From the human T2T-CHM13v2.0 reference genome, Homo sapiens, in NCBI RefSeq assembly GCF_009914755.1, contig NC_060935.1: a stretch of 64,000 bases of DNA. The stretch is one strand, 5' to 3'. The translations under genes and the position numbers were made by a program. Positions 1 to 16,004 of the stretch are shown one piece after another. Below the pieces are notes generated by a model. The model had not been told where the DNA came from. It made no database searches and saw only the letters and a program-made list of their open reading frames with translations. Numbering within the stretch: position 1 is the first letter of the stretch; every line of letters begins with the position of its first letter.

Positions 1-2364
<2,364 letters not shown>

Positions 2365-2829
2365 AAAATGTATTTAAATAATCAGCATTTTGCTTGGTAG
2401 GAAGAGGGAAAACATCTCCCTTGAGGCAATTAAAGTGAAGTTAATAGCCCCCTGGATAGAAATTGGTCCAGCAGGATCAAACTGACTTAAAGATGATGAA
2501 TCTAAAACCAGGGAATCTCTTCTACAATATTAGAGGGTGTGAGATGTTTGGAAGCGATACCATTCCCTTAATCCCTTAATCAAGTGTGTCATCTGTGCAA
2601 AAGAATTAGAATTCTGGAAAGTGTGAACTTGTGAGTCTACTGGATATTCAGGGAGTGGGGTAGAGTAGAAACCCTTAAAGGGATCGGTTCTGTAAGAAAC
2701 AGGGTTTAGCTCTTAGGACCAATGCAAAGAAGAAGGGTCCAACCTCTGCTCCTTACAGGGTGAGCTTTTCTGTGCAACCACATCTATAGCAACACATTCT
2801 GGCTGGCCATTGTAAAAAGAAATGAATAT

Positions 2830-3280
2830 TTGTCATAATTTTCATAGAAAGAAAGGCAAAATGAATGAAATTATTTCAGTCATGAGAGAGAGTATAGGAG
2901 ATTAAAAGGATATTAAAACAACCATAAAAAAGCAATATACGTTTATAAAGAATATAAATCACAATAAAGGCAAAAGGTTAGGAGCTTAAAAATAACAATT
3001 AAATAAAATGGATGAAATTCAGAAGAAAATGTTAAAGGCTATACACCAGCAAAATTAAAGGTTACAAATATAAAAGTAAATAAGATGAAAGATTAAGATA
3101 AAAGGATAAAGCCATAAAAGTAAAAAGTGAGCAAAAATGTAGACATAGATGGGATTTTAGGGTTAAGAACTAAAAAATTAAAACTGTAAAAGTAAAAATA
3201 AATAAGTCACAAGAATAATAAGATTAGAAAAATAACATGTTTAAATGTTTATGATAGAAATTTAAAAATGATAATGATAT
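2830..3280 (+). repeat. A-rich low-complexity tract
   Basis: Recurrent TAAAA/ATAAAAG words with very little C over ~450 bp. Confidence 0.6.
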
Positions 3281-3562
3281 TGGTGTGGCAGGAACCTGCT
3301 AGAAGAAATAAAGAAAATGTCTTGGGGTAGCTCCAGCTTCTCCTGGTTAATCAAATCCTCTAAAGTAGGAAACTAAAGGGGAAAGATGGTGTCTTACAGC
3401 AGATTCACCTTCTACACAGAAATTAGCACTACGGAAAACCAGTAGAGTTGTTGGTGCTTGCCTGGAATGAGAGGAGGCGTGACTTCTTAACATCAACAGC
3501 TAGGGTCTCAGGGTTGCCCATGCCTGCCCTTGGGCAACTTTCCAGTAAGAGCACTGAGCACT

Positions 3563-3832
3563 GGCTGGGCACGGTGGCTCATGCCTGTAATCCCAGTACC
3601 TTGGGAGGGTGAGGTGGGCAGATCACTTCAGGCCAGGAGTTCAAGACCAGCCTCGCCAACATGGCAAAACCCTGTCTCTACTAAAAATACAAAAAACTTA
3701 GCCAGGAATGGTGGTTCACACCTTAGTCCCAGCTACTCGAGAGGCTGAGGCATGAGAATTCCTTGAATCTGGGAAGCAGAGGTTGCAGTGAGCCAAGATT
3801 GTGCCACTGCACTCCAGCCTGGATGACAGAGC
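3563..3832 (+). mobile_element. AluS (Sz/Sx-like) lacking its 3' terminal bases and poly(A) tail
   Basis: GGCTGGGCACGGTGGCTC...GATGACAGAGC; TSD AGAGCACTGAGCACT (3548-3562) / AGAGCTCTGAGCACT (3828-3842). Confidence 0.93.
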
Positions 3833-4299
3833 TCTGAGCACTTACTATGTTCCAGAGAGTGGCCTGGGTGCTTTCACATTTGAAATTTCATGTAGTAATA
3901 TTCCTAATAATTAGCTTTTGGAGTCACCAATTATGCATGTGTTGGATTTTCTGTCTATCTTCCAGTAGGCACTGACTTCTCCACGGTTTAGGGAAATACA
4001 ATTGTTTAAAGTCATACAGCAGCTGAGAATTAACTCACATCCAGTCTTTGTTCTACAACGTTGTTCATCTGAAAGCCTTTACTCTCTAATTCTCAACTGC
4101 CACACTGAGGAACTGCCCCTTGTGATTAATTTTAAGTGGTGACTATTGACTCCTAGCTGCTAGGGATGAAGCAATTGACTTGCTTATTTCTAATTCCATC
4201 ATCTTTTGCCCTTCTCCTCTCATTTTCACATTGTCAGAGTGTGTGCTATTTACATTGTATTATGTCACTTTTACCTCCATGCTTGCTTTTTATTTTAGG

Positions 4300-5950
4300 T
4301 CTACAGTTAAATATATTGAATGCTTTGACAGTCTTTTTGCCAGATTTTCCTCAATTACCTCTTGTTTGACTAGAATTTATTTTCTGCTATTTTCCTCAAG
4401 GATGGCCCGTGAGAACAATATTTCCAGAGTTATTGCATATTTTAAACTGTTAGGCATTAGGCTTGAAGGACAACTTGGCTGGATATCAAATCTTTATCGC
4501 AATTTCTTTTCTTTGAATATCTGATAAGAATTTCACTTCACTATGTTGGTGTTAAATGATGCCATGGGAGAGTCCGATGTCAGCCTGATTTTCTTTCTTT
4601 TATAAGTGATTTGATCTTTTTGTTTGGCTGCTCAAAGAATCCTTTAACATCTAACAATTTTATTAGGATATGTCTCAGTTTGGACCATTTGAAGTAAGTT
4701 TTCCCTAGTACATGATTTGCCCTTTCAGTATGTAAATTCAAGTCTTTTACTTCAGGAAAGTGTTTTTGAATTATATATTAAGCATTTATTCTGTTTCATA
4801 GTTTTGGTTTTAGTGTTTGGAGACAACAGTTATGCATGTGTTTGATTTTCTCCCTATCTTCTTTAATTCTAATTTTCTCCCTAATCGTTTTTATCTCTTT
4901 CTCTGTTTCTGTTTCATTTGATCACTTCTCCCATTCCTATCTTTTGTATCATTTACAGGCATCTTGTGTGTGTCGTCTATAGTGTCTTTTCTTTCTTGTG
5001 TTCCTTTTCATATATTCTTTATTTCTGAAAAAATAGATTTTTTTATTCCTGAATTTTGCCAGTTTTCATCTCATTTCCCTGAATTCTTGTATTTCTGATT
5101 TTTTTGTCTTTTTTGTCATTGCATGTAACAAATTTTTAAACTTTATGATGGAATATTTGGTTATGATGTCTTTGAATCTTGAGTGTTCTTCATTAGCACA
5201 AGAGTTTTCTAGTCTGTGTAGTTGAATAGATCCTGTGCCTATGAAATATTTGTTAGTCAATTGTATTAGGTGGATTTCTGGATCAACCATCTGCAGGAAG
5301 TTATTTTGTGCCTATGTTGGGGAGGGTTGTGAGATGAGTTGGGGGAAGAGCATATGGAAAATCTCTGGGCTTTGCAAGTCAGTACTTCCTCCTCTGTTAC
5401 TTAAGTAGTGAGCCATTTCCTTCAAATATGGAACCCAGTGTAACCATACCTGCTCGTCTCTGTGTATCTAAACTGGCTCAGAAGGGCTCCTACAGCCAAC
5501 CTTGATTTTCTCTGTTTGTTTCTTTATTGGATGCCACAACTAATAGGAGCAGCCCTTGCCTTCAAATGTCTATTTGTTTGTGCTTTCTGAGGTATGCCAT
5601 TCCTGGATCTGTTGGGGGCACTTTTGACCACTTCTCTCTGTTGCTTCTTACCCTACTCACAGATGTCCCACTTAGGGCAGTTATTCTCTGCTTCTGGGAA
5701 TGCATTTTTTGTTGATGATTTCTGAGGTCTGCTAGTTAGACCCTTGTTCTCCCTGACTTTTCTCATGTCTGCCTCTTATGAGGCTCTTCAAGTCTCACCT
5801 GCTTTGGGCATTACTTACATGTAACTTGGAGTTTGTGGGTTTTCTCTGTTTCCTAGTTCCATGTAAAATGATGTTTGTGTTTTTCCTTTTTCTTTTATTC
5901 ATTTTCCTTGTTGCTCTACATGGCTTCCAAAGGGAAAAGTCCAAAATAGG
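4300..5950 (-). mobile_element. Old L1M fragment(s)
   Basis: T-rich degenerate L1 antisense words (GAGAGTCCGATGTCAGCCTGATTTTC, TTATGCATGTGTTTGA); boundaries approximate. Confidence 0.55.
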
Positions 5951-6029
5951 AGCAAACGATCTGGTATTTAAAAGATTTCCCCGGTGATTTTAATGTCCAG
6001 AGGGGAGAATAACTATTTAAAAAAAACAG

Positions 6030-6235
6030 GAAAAAGATATACATAAAATTTAGTGTAATGGTTATTCCTGGATGCAGGAGGTTGTGGAAGGCAGGAAAAT
6101 GCAGTAGAGGAAAGAGAGCTTCAATGGTATTGGTAATAATTTATTTCTTAAATTGGGTAGTAAGTTCGTGGGTGTTTATGTTATTATTTACCATATGATT
6201 ATGTGTGATTAAAATATTGCATAATAAAAATACAA
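6030..6235 (+). mobile_element. L1ME-type 3' end fragment
   Basis: GGTATTGGTAATAATTTATTTCTTAAATTGGGTAGTAAGTTCGTGGGTGTTTATGTTATTATT resembles old L1M 3'UTR termini. Confidence 0.6.
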
Positions 6236-8894
6236 ACCTTTAAAAATTCACAGAGAAAACTGTATTTTAATGACTCAAAATATAATTAATGTTAATTTGA
6301 CTGTTGCCGATAATACTATTGTAATAGATTATATTTAAGGATAACAAAAGAGCAGCTCCATGTGGGGACCCGAGGAACCAACCTCGTTATTCCCCTCAGC
6401 CCACAGAGATAAAATGACCTCCAGAAAGTCTACCAGGATTTGAGTGTTCTTTTTTTAAAAACAAAAAACCAAACAAAAAAAAACCTGTTATAGCGTCTGT
6501 AACTGGACTTTAAAACAAAAGGAACTTTTTGGACAGTAATATTCCCACACTGAATGAATCTTATTTTCCTGGAGCCAGGAAAGCCTGGAGTGGTCTTCAG
6601 AGGTCTGGGCGCTTATGGTGATCTTTTTCTCCAGCATCCTACCTAACAAAGCCACTGGGACACAAGCTTCCCTTTTACTTTACAACTCTTTCTCAAAGAC
6701 CTTAAGACATGCTCATCAGAGATGGGGTCAGAAGGCATATGACTATAATAATGAGAAAAAAAAACACTTCAGTTTATATATACTGGCATGTATCGTTAAG
6801 GAAAAAAAAACCACCATGTGGACCAAAATACATGGCAGGTCCCAGTTTTGTAAATAAAATTAAAAGATTATCATCTGTTTAATCTTTTGTCCATAGACAG
6901 AAAATGTCAGGAAGGATGGACAATGGTTAACATGGTGGAGGGTGGTTGGTGTTAGAAGGACAGAGGAAAGAAATTTCACTTCCCAGTATAATAATTTTAA
7001 AAGATGTGATTGATTTATAAACGATTTTTGATTTTATTGTTTTTAGTGTTTTTCAAATACAACTTAAAAAAAGAATGCATCGCTCCTTGTGGCAGCCAGT
7101 ATTGTAATCTGGGACACTTGCTATCAGCTCTTGCCTTGAAGTGAGTCCCCTGCTCCCTGCCCTGAGACTGAGGCAGCCTTTGTGCCCTCTTTTGCTGGGA
7201 ATTATAATCTTAGTGTCCAAGAGCTGGACAGTTAGGGTCAAAGTCTGCAACCTCATTTCTCCAGGTCGCTCCTGATAACTCGATTCCTAGGCTCAACATG
7301 AAAGCCTCTCCTTCCTTCCTCAGGCTTTTATTTTTTAAAAAATTGACGAATGAGATGCATTAAACGTAAGTGGTTAAAAACAGGGAGGCAAGGCAGATGC
7401 CTCCACTCTCCTCCCTCCCTAGGAAGCCCTGATTTGGTGGCTTCTGAGCTGGATTTGTGGCCAGGGTTCCCGTGTTCGGTTTGCTAGCCCCAGGGCCCTG
7501 TTGACTTTCACTGGGCCAGCGTCCATGTATGTCACTGGGAGAGGATGGACTGGGATGTTTTGTTCACCCGCCTTTGGCAGGAAGCAGAGGGTGCCCGAAG
7601 CCAAGAGGCTTTCCTTTCCACCAGGCGCTGAAGGTGGCTCACAGGGATGGGAACTCTGAATCCAGAGGATGGACAGTGATATGTGCTGGTCCAAACCAGA
7701 AATCCAAGCATGACTGCTGAATAGCAGGACATGTGATTACTGTGGGGTGTTTCCTACCGATTCTTAGACATTTACCATCATTTCCAAAAAGTTTTTCCAA
7801 AATCTCAAACTTGCCATTCTTTCAAAAACTTTTTTTTAAAAAGGAATACGTTTGTGGGGTTTTTTTTTTTTCATTTATAGCAAAACTCCAGGGACATCTC
7901 CTTGTCAGACAAGGCTCTATTGCTCCTACAAGTAGAGTTCATTATTTTGTCAAAGTGAATTAAAATAGAATGTCACTTACTGAATGTTATATTTCTGGCT
8001 GTGACATTGTATATAAAAGGTCCTCTTTAAAAAAAAAAAGAGAAAATCTGAAAGCCTTCGTTGGAAACCCATTTAAGAAAAAGAAATATAGACATTAAAA
8101 AATCCCATTTGGGTTTCATAAAATTCCTTTCAAATGTGACAATCTGGTAGAAATCAGGTAGTTTTCAGTTCCCAAAATACAATCTTGATAAAAAATTTAT
8201 AAAGCTATTTGGAGGAAAGATACTACATAAATTGAGAATAAATCTTATGAGTCCCTTAGAGAAAAGCTGGGAAATTTCCAAAACTAAGTGGCAAACAGTA
8301 TTTGCTTCCTGCAAATAAATACCCTTTTTACTATTTGGAATGAATCTCTTTCTATATTCCAGCAATTTATGTCTATGGCAGCTAAGGATGACCAGAGACA
8401 CTGGAGGGTGACAGTTACCAGGACTAGACGCTAAAAAAAAGAGCTGAGTGGTCCCCTGCAGGCCGCATTTGAATACTCCAGGGTCCATATCTTCTGCACC
8501 TCAGATTAGTTCCTGAAAAACTGAAAACCATCACCTCCATCTTCTGGTGGCAGGTAGAAATAGACAGATAAATTGAAGAATGTTTTGTCTTCTTTTTTTT
8601 GCCAGATAAATTCTTCCCAGAGCAGAGTACTTATGACTATCTGAGAAAAGAATGAATGAGAAATTATGGGAGCTATGGATTCATTCCCACGTGGTTGAAC
8701 TTAGTGCTTTCCCTCGTTCTTACCATGCACCCACCTCCTTTGCTTGATGAATTCTTACTCAAGTGTTTCTTCTGTCAAGATTCTCCTTCACATCTATGCA
8801 GGGATAATCAACTCTGGGACCCCAAAATACATTGTATAGATCTCTACTGTAGAACCTAAACACTGAAATGCACTTACGGATATAAGTGGTTCTC

Positions 8895-9100
8895 TAATCC
8901 ATTAGACTGTGAGTTCCTCAAGAGTAGAATTTTGTTTCATTCAATTCTATGTTCCTAACATTTAGTGTGCCACCTAGCACATAGTAGGTGCAGGAAAATG
9001 GTTAGTTAGATGGTTAATAAATGGTTAGTTAGATGGATAGCTGAATGGATGACTGGGTAAATTAAAAAACAAATGAATGAATAAATGAGCAAATAAATAA
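8895..9100 (+). mobile_element. L2 3' end
   Basis: TTAGACTGTGAGTTCCTC...CCTAGCACATAGTAGGTG followed by an (AATG)-like tail. Confidence 0.75.
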
Positions 9101-9709
9101 AAACACAAGTGAATACATGAATTCAAAAGTGGAGAAATAAATATACATGAACAAATGGACCAATGAATAAACCACATGTCTGTTCCCCACAGGTATGTAT
9201 ATATGCATACATATATATTAATACATCCTTCACAACATGTTATTCATTTTAAAGCACTTTCCCCCACATTAAAATTCATTTTTAATATCCTTGGGAAAGG
9301 TACCAGTAAATTCCGAGGTAATTCACTAGAGGAGACTCAGGGATCAGAGTAGCATTGTCCACTGGTGGGGGGCAATGTTACGTTACCTCTTGGGGATTGA
9401 CCATGATGGGTTTATTGCTGAAGTCCCCCCACAATCAAGGACGTGCTCCCCATTTCAGCCCTGAACAACTCCTTGGCTTATTGGATTGGAGCCTCTTAAG
9501 ATAACTATTGAATTCCAACAAGATGGTTCAGAACATGACCATGGCCATCTGTGTATGCACTTAGTCCCTGACATCTGCCTTCCCCCAAGGATAATGAGTT
9601 GAGAGGTCCAAGGCCCAAAGATTGCAGGAACTTCAGCTTCAGTGAAGCCTAAATTTACATACCAGAGCATTGTGATTCAGGGAAGTGCACAGGGCACACA
9701 AAGTACAGC

Positions 9710-9850
9710 AGGTCTTGCTCCAAATCCTCGCTCTGGCCCTCCTGTGCTGCATGGCTAGCATGACCTCCGTGAGCCTCAGTTTGCTCAGTAGCTGAGTGAG
9801 GATAATAATACCTATGAAGAAGGCACCTGTGATAGGTGCTTAATAAAGTC
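9710..9850 (+). mobile_element. MIR
   Basis: GAGCCTCAGTTTGCTCAGTAGC...GGATAATAATACCTA core. Confidence 0.6.
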
Positions 9851-10559
9851 CGGTTTCTTTCCTGCCCAATAAAAAAAAATTGAAAATAGTAGTAGTTGAA
9901 GGAGAGAAGCTTCTCTTTGATATGAGGCCCTTGGCATTGACCACCGAAGATGAGGCTCCAGAAGGGCACTGATTCCACTTGAGTGGAATGTTGGCAACGC
10001 TGAATCCCACCAACAGCCCCGTCGTTTCTCCAGCAGTCATTCTGGGGTTCCTGCCTCATCTCCCAAGATAGCCTGTGGCTACCATCAGCTGCAAGGAACT
10101 GCCCTGCTGAGCAATTAATAAGCAATGAAGAGTGTCACCTGGATAAGTATTAAAAACAAGGAGATGAGACACCTTGGCTCTCATTTCAGCATAAAGCCTG
10201 TTCTGCCATCCTTGTCTCCCAAAGGTCAAGATCTTGCTTTAGAAAGTGAGAATTTAGTAAGAATGCTGTGTCCTCGGCACTGCTCACCTGTGTCCAGCAG
10301 AGGTGACTGGAAATGAGGCTCCCAGAGCACTGTTTCTGCAGAGAAAATCCAGCCATCAAACCTATGTTGGCCTAAAGAAGCATCTCAATCCTGGCGGGGG
10401 CGGGCGGGGGGGGGTCCTTTTTCAGAACAAGGTTGTCAAAGCCAGGAAGGATTGCTAAACAGCAGGGTGTCCCCATGAGAGCAGAAGGGCTCAGGAGTCA
10501 TTCAGATCTGATCCAAGCTGAGCAAACGTGGACAGGTCACACTAGCCAGGCTAGCATGA

Positions 10560-10636
10560 GGTGTTGACCTTGAGAAGAGAGTGCCTCCTTAAATTTTGCA
10601 CCCTAAATGTCTCACTTGCTTAACCCTAGTCCTGGG
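10560..10636. mobile_element. MER96-like hAT MITE fragment
   Basis: GAGTGCCTCCTTAAATTTTGCACCCTA...ACCCTAGTCCTGG matches the recalled MER96 arm. Confidence 0.6.
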
Positions 10637-10699
10637 TCATAGAATCTTAGCTTCCTCGTCTATAAGGAAACTTCCCTCGTGTATCATGTGGGAAGATGA

Positions 10700-10940
10700 T
10701 AATACCTAATAATAGTTAAGGTTATTAACATTATTATGTTCGCTTTACCCAAATTAACTGATTTAGTCCTCATGAGGCTATAAGGTAGGTATGATGATTA
10801 TCTTCTTTCGGAAAACAGCCAAAGTGAGGAGCTGTGCTATTCAATAGTAACTTGCTAATATTCTCACATCTAGTGGCTGGCAGGCTGAGATTTGAACCAT
10901 GGGAGACTGGCCCCTGCGTCCAGCCTCATTACCACCATGC
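10700..10940 (-). mobile_element. MIR
   Basis: TTTAGTCCTCATGAG...GTAACTTGC...GCTGAGATTTGAACC. Confidence 0.6.
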
Positions 10941-13469
10941 TACACCAGCCACAGTGCAGGGTCTGTGTGAGAAGAACAACATGGTTGACATAGACAAGAA
11001 AACAGTGCAGGGGAGAGACACTTTGCTAATAAACTGAGGTGGTGCTCAGTCACCCACATAACATGTAACTGGGAGGATCCAAGGTGACTTCAACCCCAAA
11101 GACCCAGCACAGGCAGGAACAGTCCTGGCATGCTCTGCTGCAGCAGATTCTGGTCCTGGGGTTTCCTGGGCGATTGACTTCTCTTCCAGGGCTACCATCC
11201 TGACATCATTAATCCAGGCCCTGTGTGGCTCTCATAAGGTTCATTCACATGCATATTAGATAATACCTGTTAGTGATGCCCATTAATTAAGCAGAGCAAG
11301 TTGTTTATAATTAACTTGAGAAATTTATGGCTTCAGAACACAATACAGGAGCTGATATAAACACATTAAGTGCCTACAGCAATGCCAAGTTTAATTGCTT
11401 TCAAGAAGAATCATTGATATTAATGCCGCAGCCATCGCTAGCCATGTTTGACAGCAGCTTGTAAATTCTTCAGTCCTATGAGCCAACAACACCCCAGGTT
11501 ATTTGGAATGGGAAACATCAACCCTGGCAAACTGTTCATGATACAGTGCTAAGTGAAAAAAGTAGGCTTGAAAACTGTATGCGGTGCCTTTCCAATTTAG
11601 TGAAAAATATTTTTTTGTATATGTATTTCCTCCTACTCTGACATATATACATATTTTTATGAATATGTATAAGTATAAATATATTTCCTTTTAGTACAAG
11701 AAATACAAAAAATGAAAAAATTACATATGATGTACATATAAAAAATACATAAATAAGTGACAGTGGGTTTTTCCCATCTGATGGAATTACTTACTATTTT
11801 AATATTTTCTTTATGACTTTTTATATTTTCCAAAAATTTTATAGGAAGAATTTATTACTTTATGCCAAGAAAAAAGTGAAGGGTTAAAGGATAGAAAAAG
11901 AAAAGGAAAAAAAGAATAGATTTTTCTTTTCCAAGCAAATTGCTTTTTGAAAGGTAAGCAGACCCTTCTGTAATAATTGTATGTGCTACTTGGTTGGCAT
12001 TTTAAGATGCTTTTTATTTTTGTAAAATAAAATTTTGAAAATAGCAAAGTAAATGCATCATTTTCACAAACGTGATTCTCATTGTGGGGCTATGCCTGCG
12101 CTCGTTGTACAATTAGGGAAGAAATGCAGCACCCTTCAATTTTTAAAAATATCAGCTCCCGAAAATACTGCAAGAGGCCGTTGGCAGAACTCCCATACTG
12201 CGGGTGCCTGCATGTTCAGGATAAAACATAACAGCCAGTCATTCTGGACAAGGATGAATTCTCAAAGGACTCATTGAATAAACCTCCTGTTGACAAGCCT
12301 GTATACTTAGAAGAGGGGTGAGAACCCATCCTTGCCAAATGATTCATCTTCCCAAAATGTCACAAGTGAAGAAAAGGGACATTTAGCTAAAAGCTGCAAA
12401 TGCCCTTTCAGAAAATGCACTCCCAGAATGTCAGAGGTATCCGACCCAACCTGCTCCTTCCCCAGCCAAGAGGAAGTGCTGAGATCCCGTGGGGTCACTT
12501 GCTAGCCAGAGACAGTGCTCACTCTGAACACAGATAGGCTCCCCTTTTTGTTAACATTTAATGAACACCACTGACTCTGTGTCAGACAGTGGCCTCTTAG
12601 GCTCTTCTTAATAAAGATTTGTAAGCCCATGGTCTGGTGGTCCTTAAAGCATAGTCACTAGAATACTCATTTTGTTAGGTGCTCCTTGAAAATTCTCCCA
12701 TCCGTTAAGTTTGGGAAACCCTGATTGTTCTTGCCACTCTTGGAGATTCCTAATGGTATCAGCTTATCAAAGTCTTGGAGGAGTCCCACAGTAAAGGAAC
12801 TTGCTTATCTTTGTTTGATGTAGTGTTTCCCAGACTCATTTGAGCACAGAATGCTTTTGGTTCTGTAACATCTCTCAACATGTTAAACTAGTGTTCCTCA
12901 AAAGACAGTGGGACAAGTCAGCAATTCATTTAGTTTGAAGATGCAGAACAACTAAATTTGGAGCTGTACCAGCTGGGCAAGTTATTTCATCCATGTGGCA
13001 TGCTGCCAGGCACAGGGTAAACCCTGAACAAACATTGGTTTGATTAGTTGAATCAGAGGAGACAATTAAAACCCAAATCAGTGAAGTAATGAGCTCAATT
13101 GCAAACTCACAATCCAGGCCATTTTATTTTTATAACACATGCCAACATTCCAACATTAAAGTAAAAATGCTATCTGTAAATCTTTATTCATTCAACAGTG
13201 AGTTCACTCTCTTACTTGAATTAGAAACATAGAACTGTGGACCTGGATCATCCAATCTACCCCTCACTTTACAGGTGAAACTGATGCTTACTTAAGCCAC
13301 GTGATTTGTCTGAGGTCACAGACTATTAAGGGGGTCCAGGATTTAAGTCTTGCAAGTCTAAATTTGGGTAATTCTCAGTCTCTGACCTCCCACCCATGCT
13401 CTCATTACCCTCCACACTGCCACTCTGAGGTGACATAATGCAGCGAAACCAACAGGACATTCAAAATGA

Positions 13470-13640
13470 GGCAGATTTGGATTTAAACTCTGGCTCTTCA
13501 AACCAGCAGCAGAGTGACATTGGGCAAGTGGCCTAACCTCTTTGTGCCTCAGTTTCTCCATCTGTTAAATGGGAATCATAACTCACTTCACGAGCTATTG
13601 AGAAGATAGAATGAGATAATGCATGAAAAAGATCACTGTC
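13470..13640 (+). mobile_element. MIR
   Basis: GTGACATTGGGCAAGTGGCCTAACCTCTTTGTGCCTCAGTTTCTCCATCTGTTAAATGGG. Confidence 0.8.
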
Positions 13641-14329
13641 CTAAACTCAGTGGGTGTGGGAGAAATTTTATCCCCTTGTTTCATACTATTTTGAAGAGCT
13701 CTTGATTCCTTTTTCTCCTCAGAATGAAAACCCAAGTTTTCTCTGTAGCTGTTTGTCACTCTGGATGGTCCTTTATATTTGAACAACAAGAACCTTTCAA
13801 TATCAATAGAAGGAAACAGAATTAATAAGTGAATTGCTTGTTGATGAAAAAATAATGTTGAATTCTAAGGGTGTGAGACCGAGAAAAAGAGAATGTGTGA
13901 CTTATCCCACCCTGGGCTCTGTTTTCCAACAGGGCTTGTAGATATAGAAAGCAGGTCACCTCATATGGAGGGACCAAGAGCCATCTTTTGACTGTTACCT
14001 TGTCGTTTGCTCTAGCCCAGTGGGACAGCCTTACTAATGGGTTCTAACGTGGACATAGGCAGGGCCACTGGTGCAGGCAGCAGTGCATTTCCCTAGAAGA
14101 GTCATTAATTTAAGGCTGGCAGAGGGCTTGCTTCTCCTGAGAGCCAGGCAAGACTTGGAGCATTTTGCAGACAGCTGGGCCATGAGCAGGCCTTACCAAA
14201 CTCTCTGGCTACAGCACAAGAAGCATTTATTTATCTGGCTCCTTTGAGACAGGCATCTTACTTTCGACATGCAAAGAGGCAGCCTCCCCTCCACAGTCCC
14301 CTTGTCATCCCACCCTCTCCATGCCTTTA

Positions 14330-14925
14330 CTCCAGGCCTCATCTCTCATTCGGTCCATTGTGCCAACCTCTTAACTGGCCTTCCACCTCCTATCTAGCCC
14401 CTTTCCTGTTGATTCTCTGCAGCCAGAGCCATTTTTCCAACTGCTGACCTGCCACCAATGGCTTCCTATGGTTTCTAGAAAAAAGTCCAGAGACCTTACT
14501 CTGACATTTGGGATTCTCCAAATCTGGCCAGTGTTCCTTTAGCCTTACTGGAAATTCCTCTCATATGTGCCTCCTTTCCTCCAATCATACTGAGCTTCTT
14601 GACATTTTTTTTTTTCTATTTCATACCCTGTTATTTTAAGTCTCTAAGTCATTGCAGTGGCTATTTTTTCTGAGTGGCATTTTCCCCTTCTTCTTCATAT
14701 TCAATACTCAGTTCAAATGTCATCTCTTTGATTTATTCTTCTTATACTCCCTAAAATTAATCATCCTCTCCCTTGGATTGTCACACCACTCTCTTCATAC
14801 TCTTTATGAACAATTGTAAAAATTTCCATTTCCCTCTCCAGATTATGAGCTCCTTTGGTGCTGGGCCTGTGTTTATTCATTTCATCATTCCCTGTGCCCA
14901 GCTCAGTGACTGCTCAATAAAGGAA
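14330..14925 (+). mobile_element. L2 fragment
   Basis: Degenerate L2 3' region ending CCAGATTATGAGCTCC...GCTCAATAAA. Confidence 0.6.
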
Positions 14926-15052
14926 TGGATTAGTGGATGGATGGGTGGATGGATGAGTAGATGAATGGATGGAAGAAAGGAGGAAAAGAAGGAATAAAGG
15001 AAGGAAGGAAGGGAAGGAATGTGGGAGGGAGGGAAGAAGGGAGGGAGAAAGG
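14926..15052 (+). repeat. (GGAT)n/(GGAA)n-like purine-rich repeat grown from the L2 tail
   Basis: Direct inspection. Confidence 0.8.
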
Positions 15053-16004
15053 ATTAGTGAGTGACTATGTAGATATGGTAGAGAGAATGTATCCCACATA
15101 GATTTAAATGCTGGAGTACAGTTAAGAACAACAGTTTTGACTGCAGTGGGGAGGTTGCAGCTGATGTTGTGATAAAACAAAAGGAAGTTGAAATATAAAA
15201 TAGAAAAGCAAGCTTGTTTCTTCCCCCTGGAGAGCTCTGGGCTTTGGAGAAGTCATAGGAATCACAGAGGAAAAAGAGAAAAGGAAGTCATTCTCTCCCT
15301 GCCAAGACTCAGGGGACAGAAAGCAAGGAAGGAATCAGGCTGGAAGAAAACCATTGCAACAGAGAGGGTGAGTAAAAGTCTAAACCACAGAGACAAATTG
15401 TGCATTTTGCTACCCAAGTCACAAATATTCTCCTCTAGCACCGATAAGTGCTCTGGAGAACTCCTTGTGTCTAAGCATCACTGAGAGAGAATTCTGTGAT
15501 TTCCATAGAAGCAAGTTACACCTGTGGGTGCAGGTAACATTGGTTGATTAATTTGTTTGTTAATATCTTTCTCAAACACTGACTGTTTGCAAGTGGGAGC
15601 TCTGGGTTGAGTGGAAGGCCTTTCTCCTCACACGAATGGAGCTTTGAGCTGAGAGAAGCAACCCATCTTCCCTGACAGTAGGACCTGAAGAGTCGAACAC
15701 AACACTGTAACTGTGCTTCACTCATCCACCTGGAATACTAGGTATTGAGACACTGAGAGTGGAGATCTCACTCCAATTCTAAAGAATTAAAACAATAAAA
15801 TGGGACTTGAGACAAGGAATTTATTTACAAAGTGTTTCCTGGCTATTGAGAGAGGGACATGCTTGGGCCAGACAGATTCGGTAGCTAAAGGACTTAGGTG
15901 TTTTGGATCTGTAATTAAGAGACCCAACACAAACCCTAATTTCCAGCCTTTCAGATCTGGGAGGAAAGGGATTTTGATAAAGACCCCTGGCCTCTTTATT
16001 GTAG

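Noticed and set aside
3915-4862. ~45 bp similarity between ~3915-3962 and ~4815-4862
   Set aside because: Short, diverged and L1M-like; cannot be distinguished from two fragments of the same repeat family.
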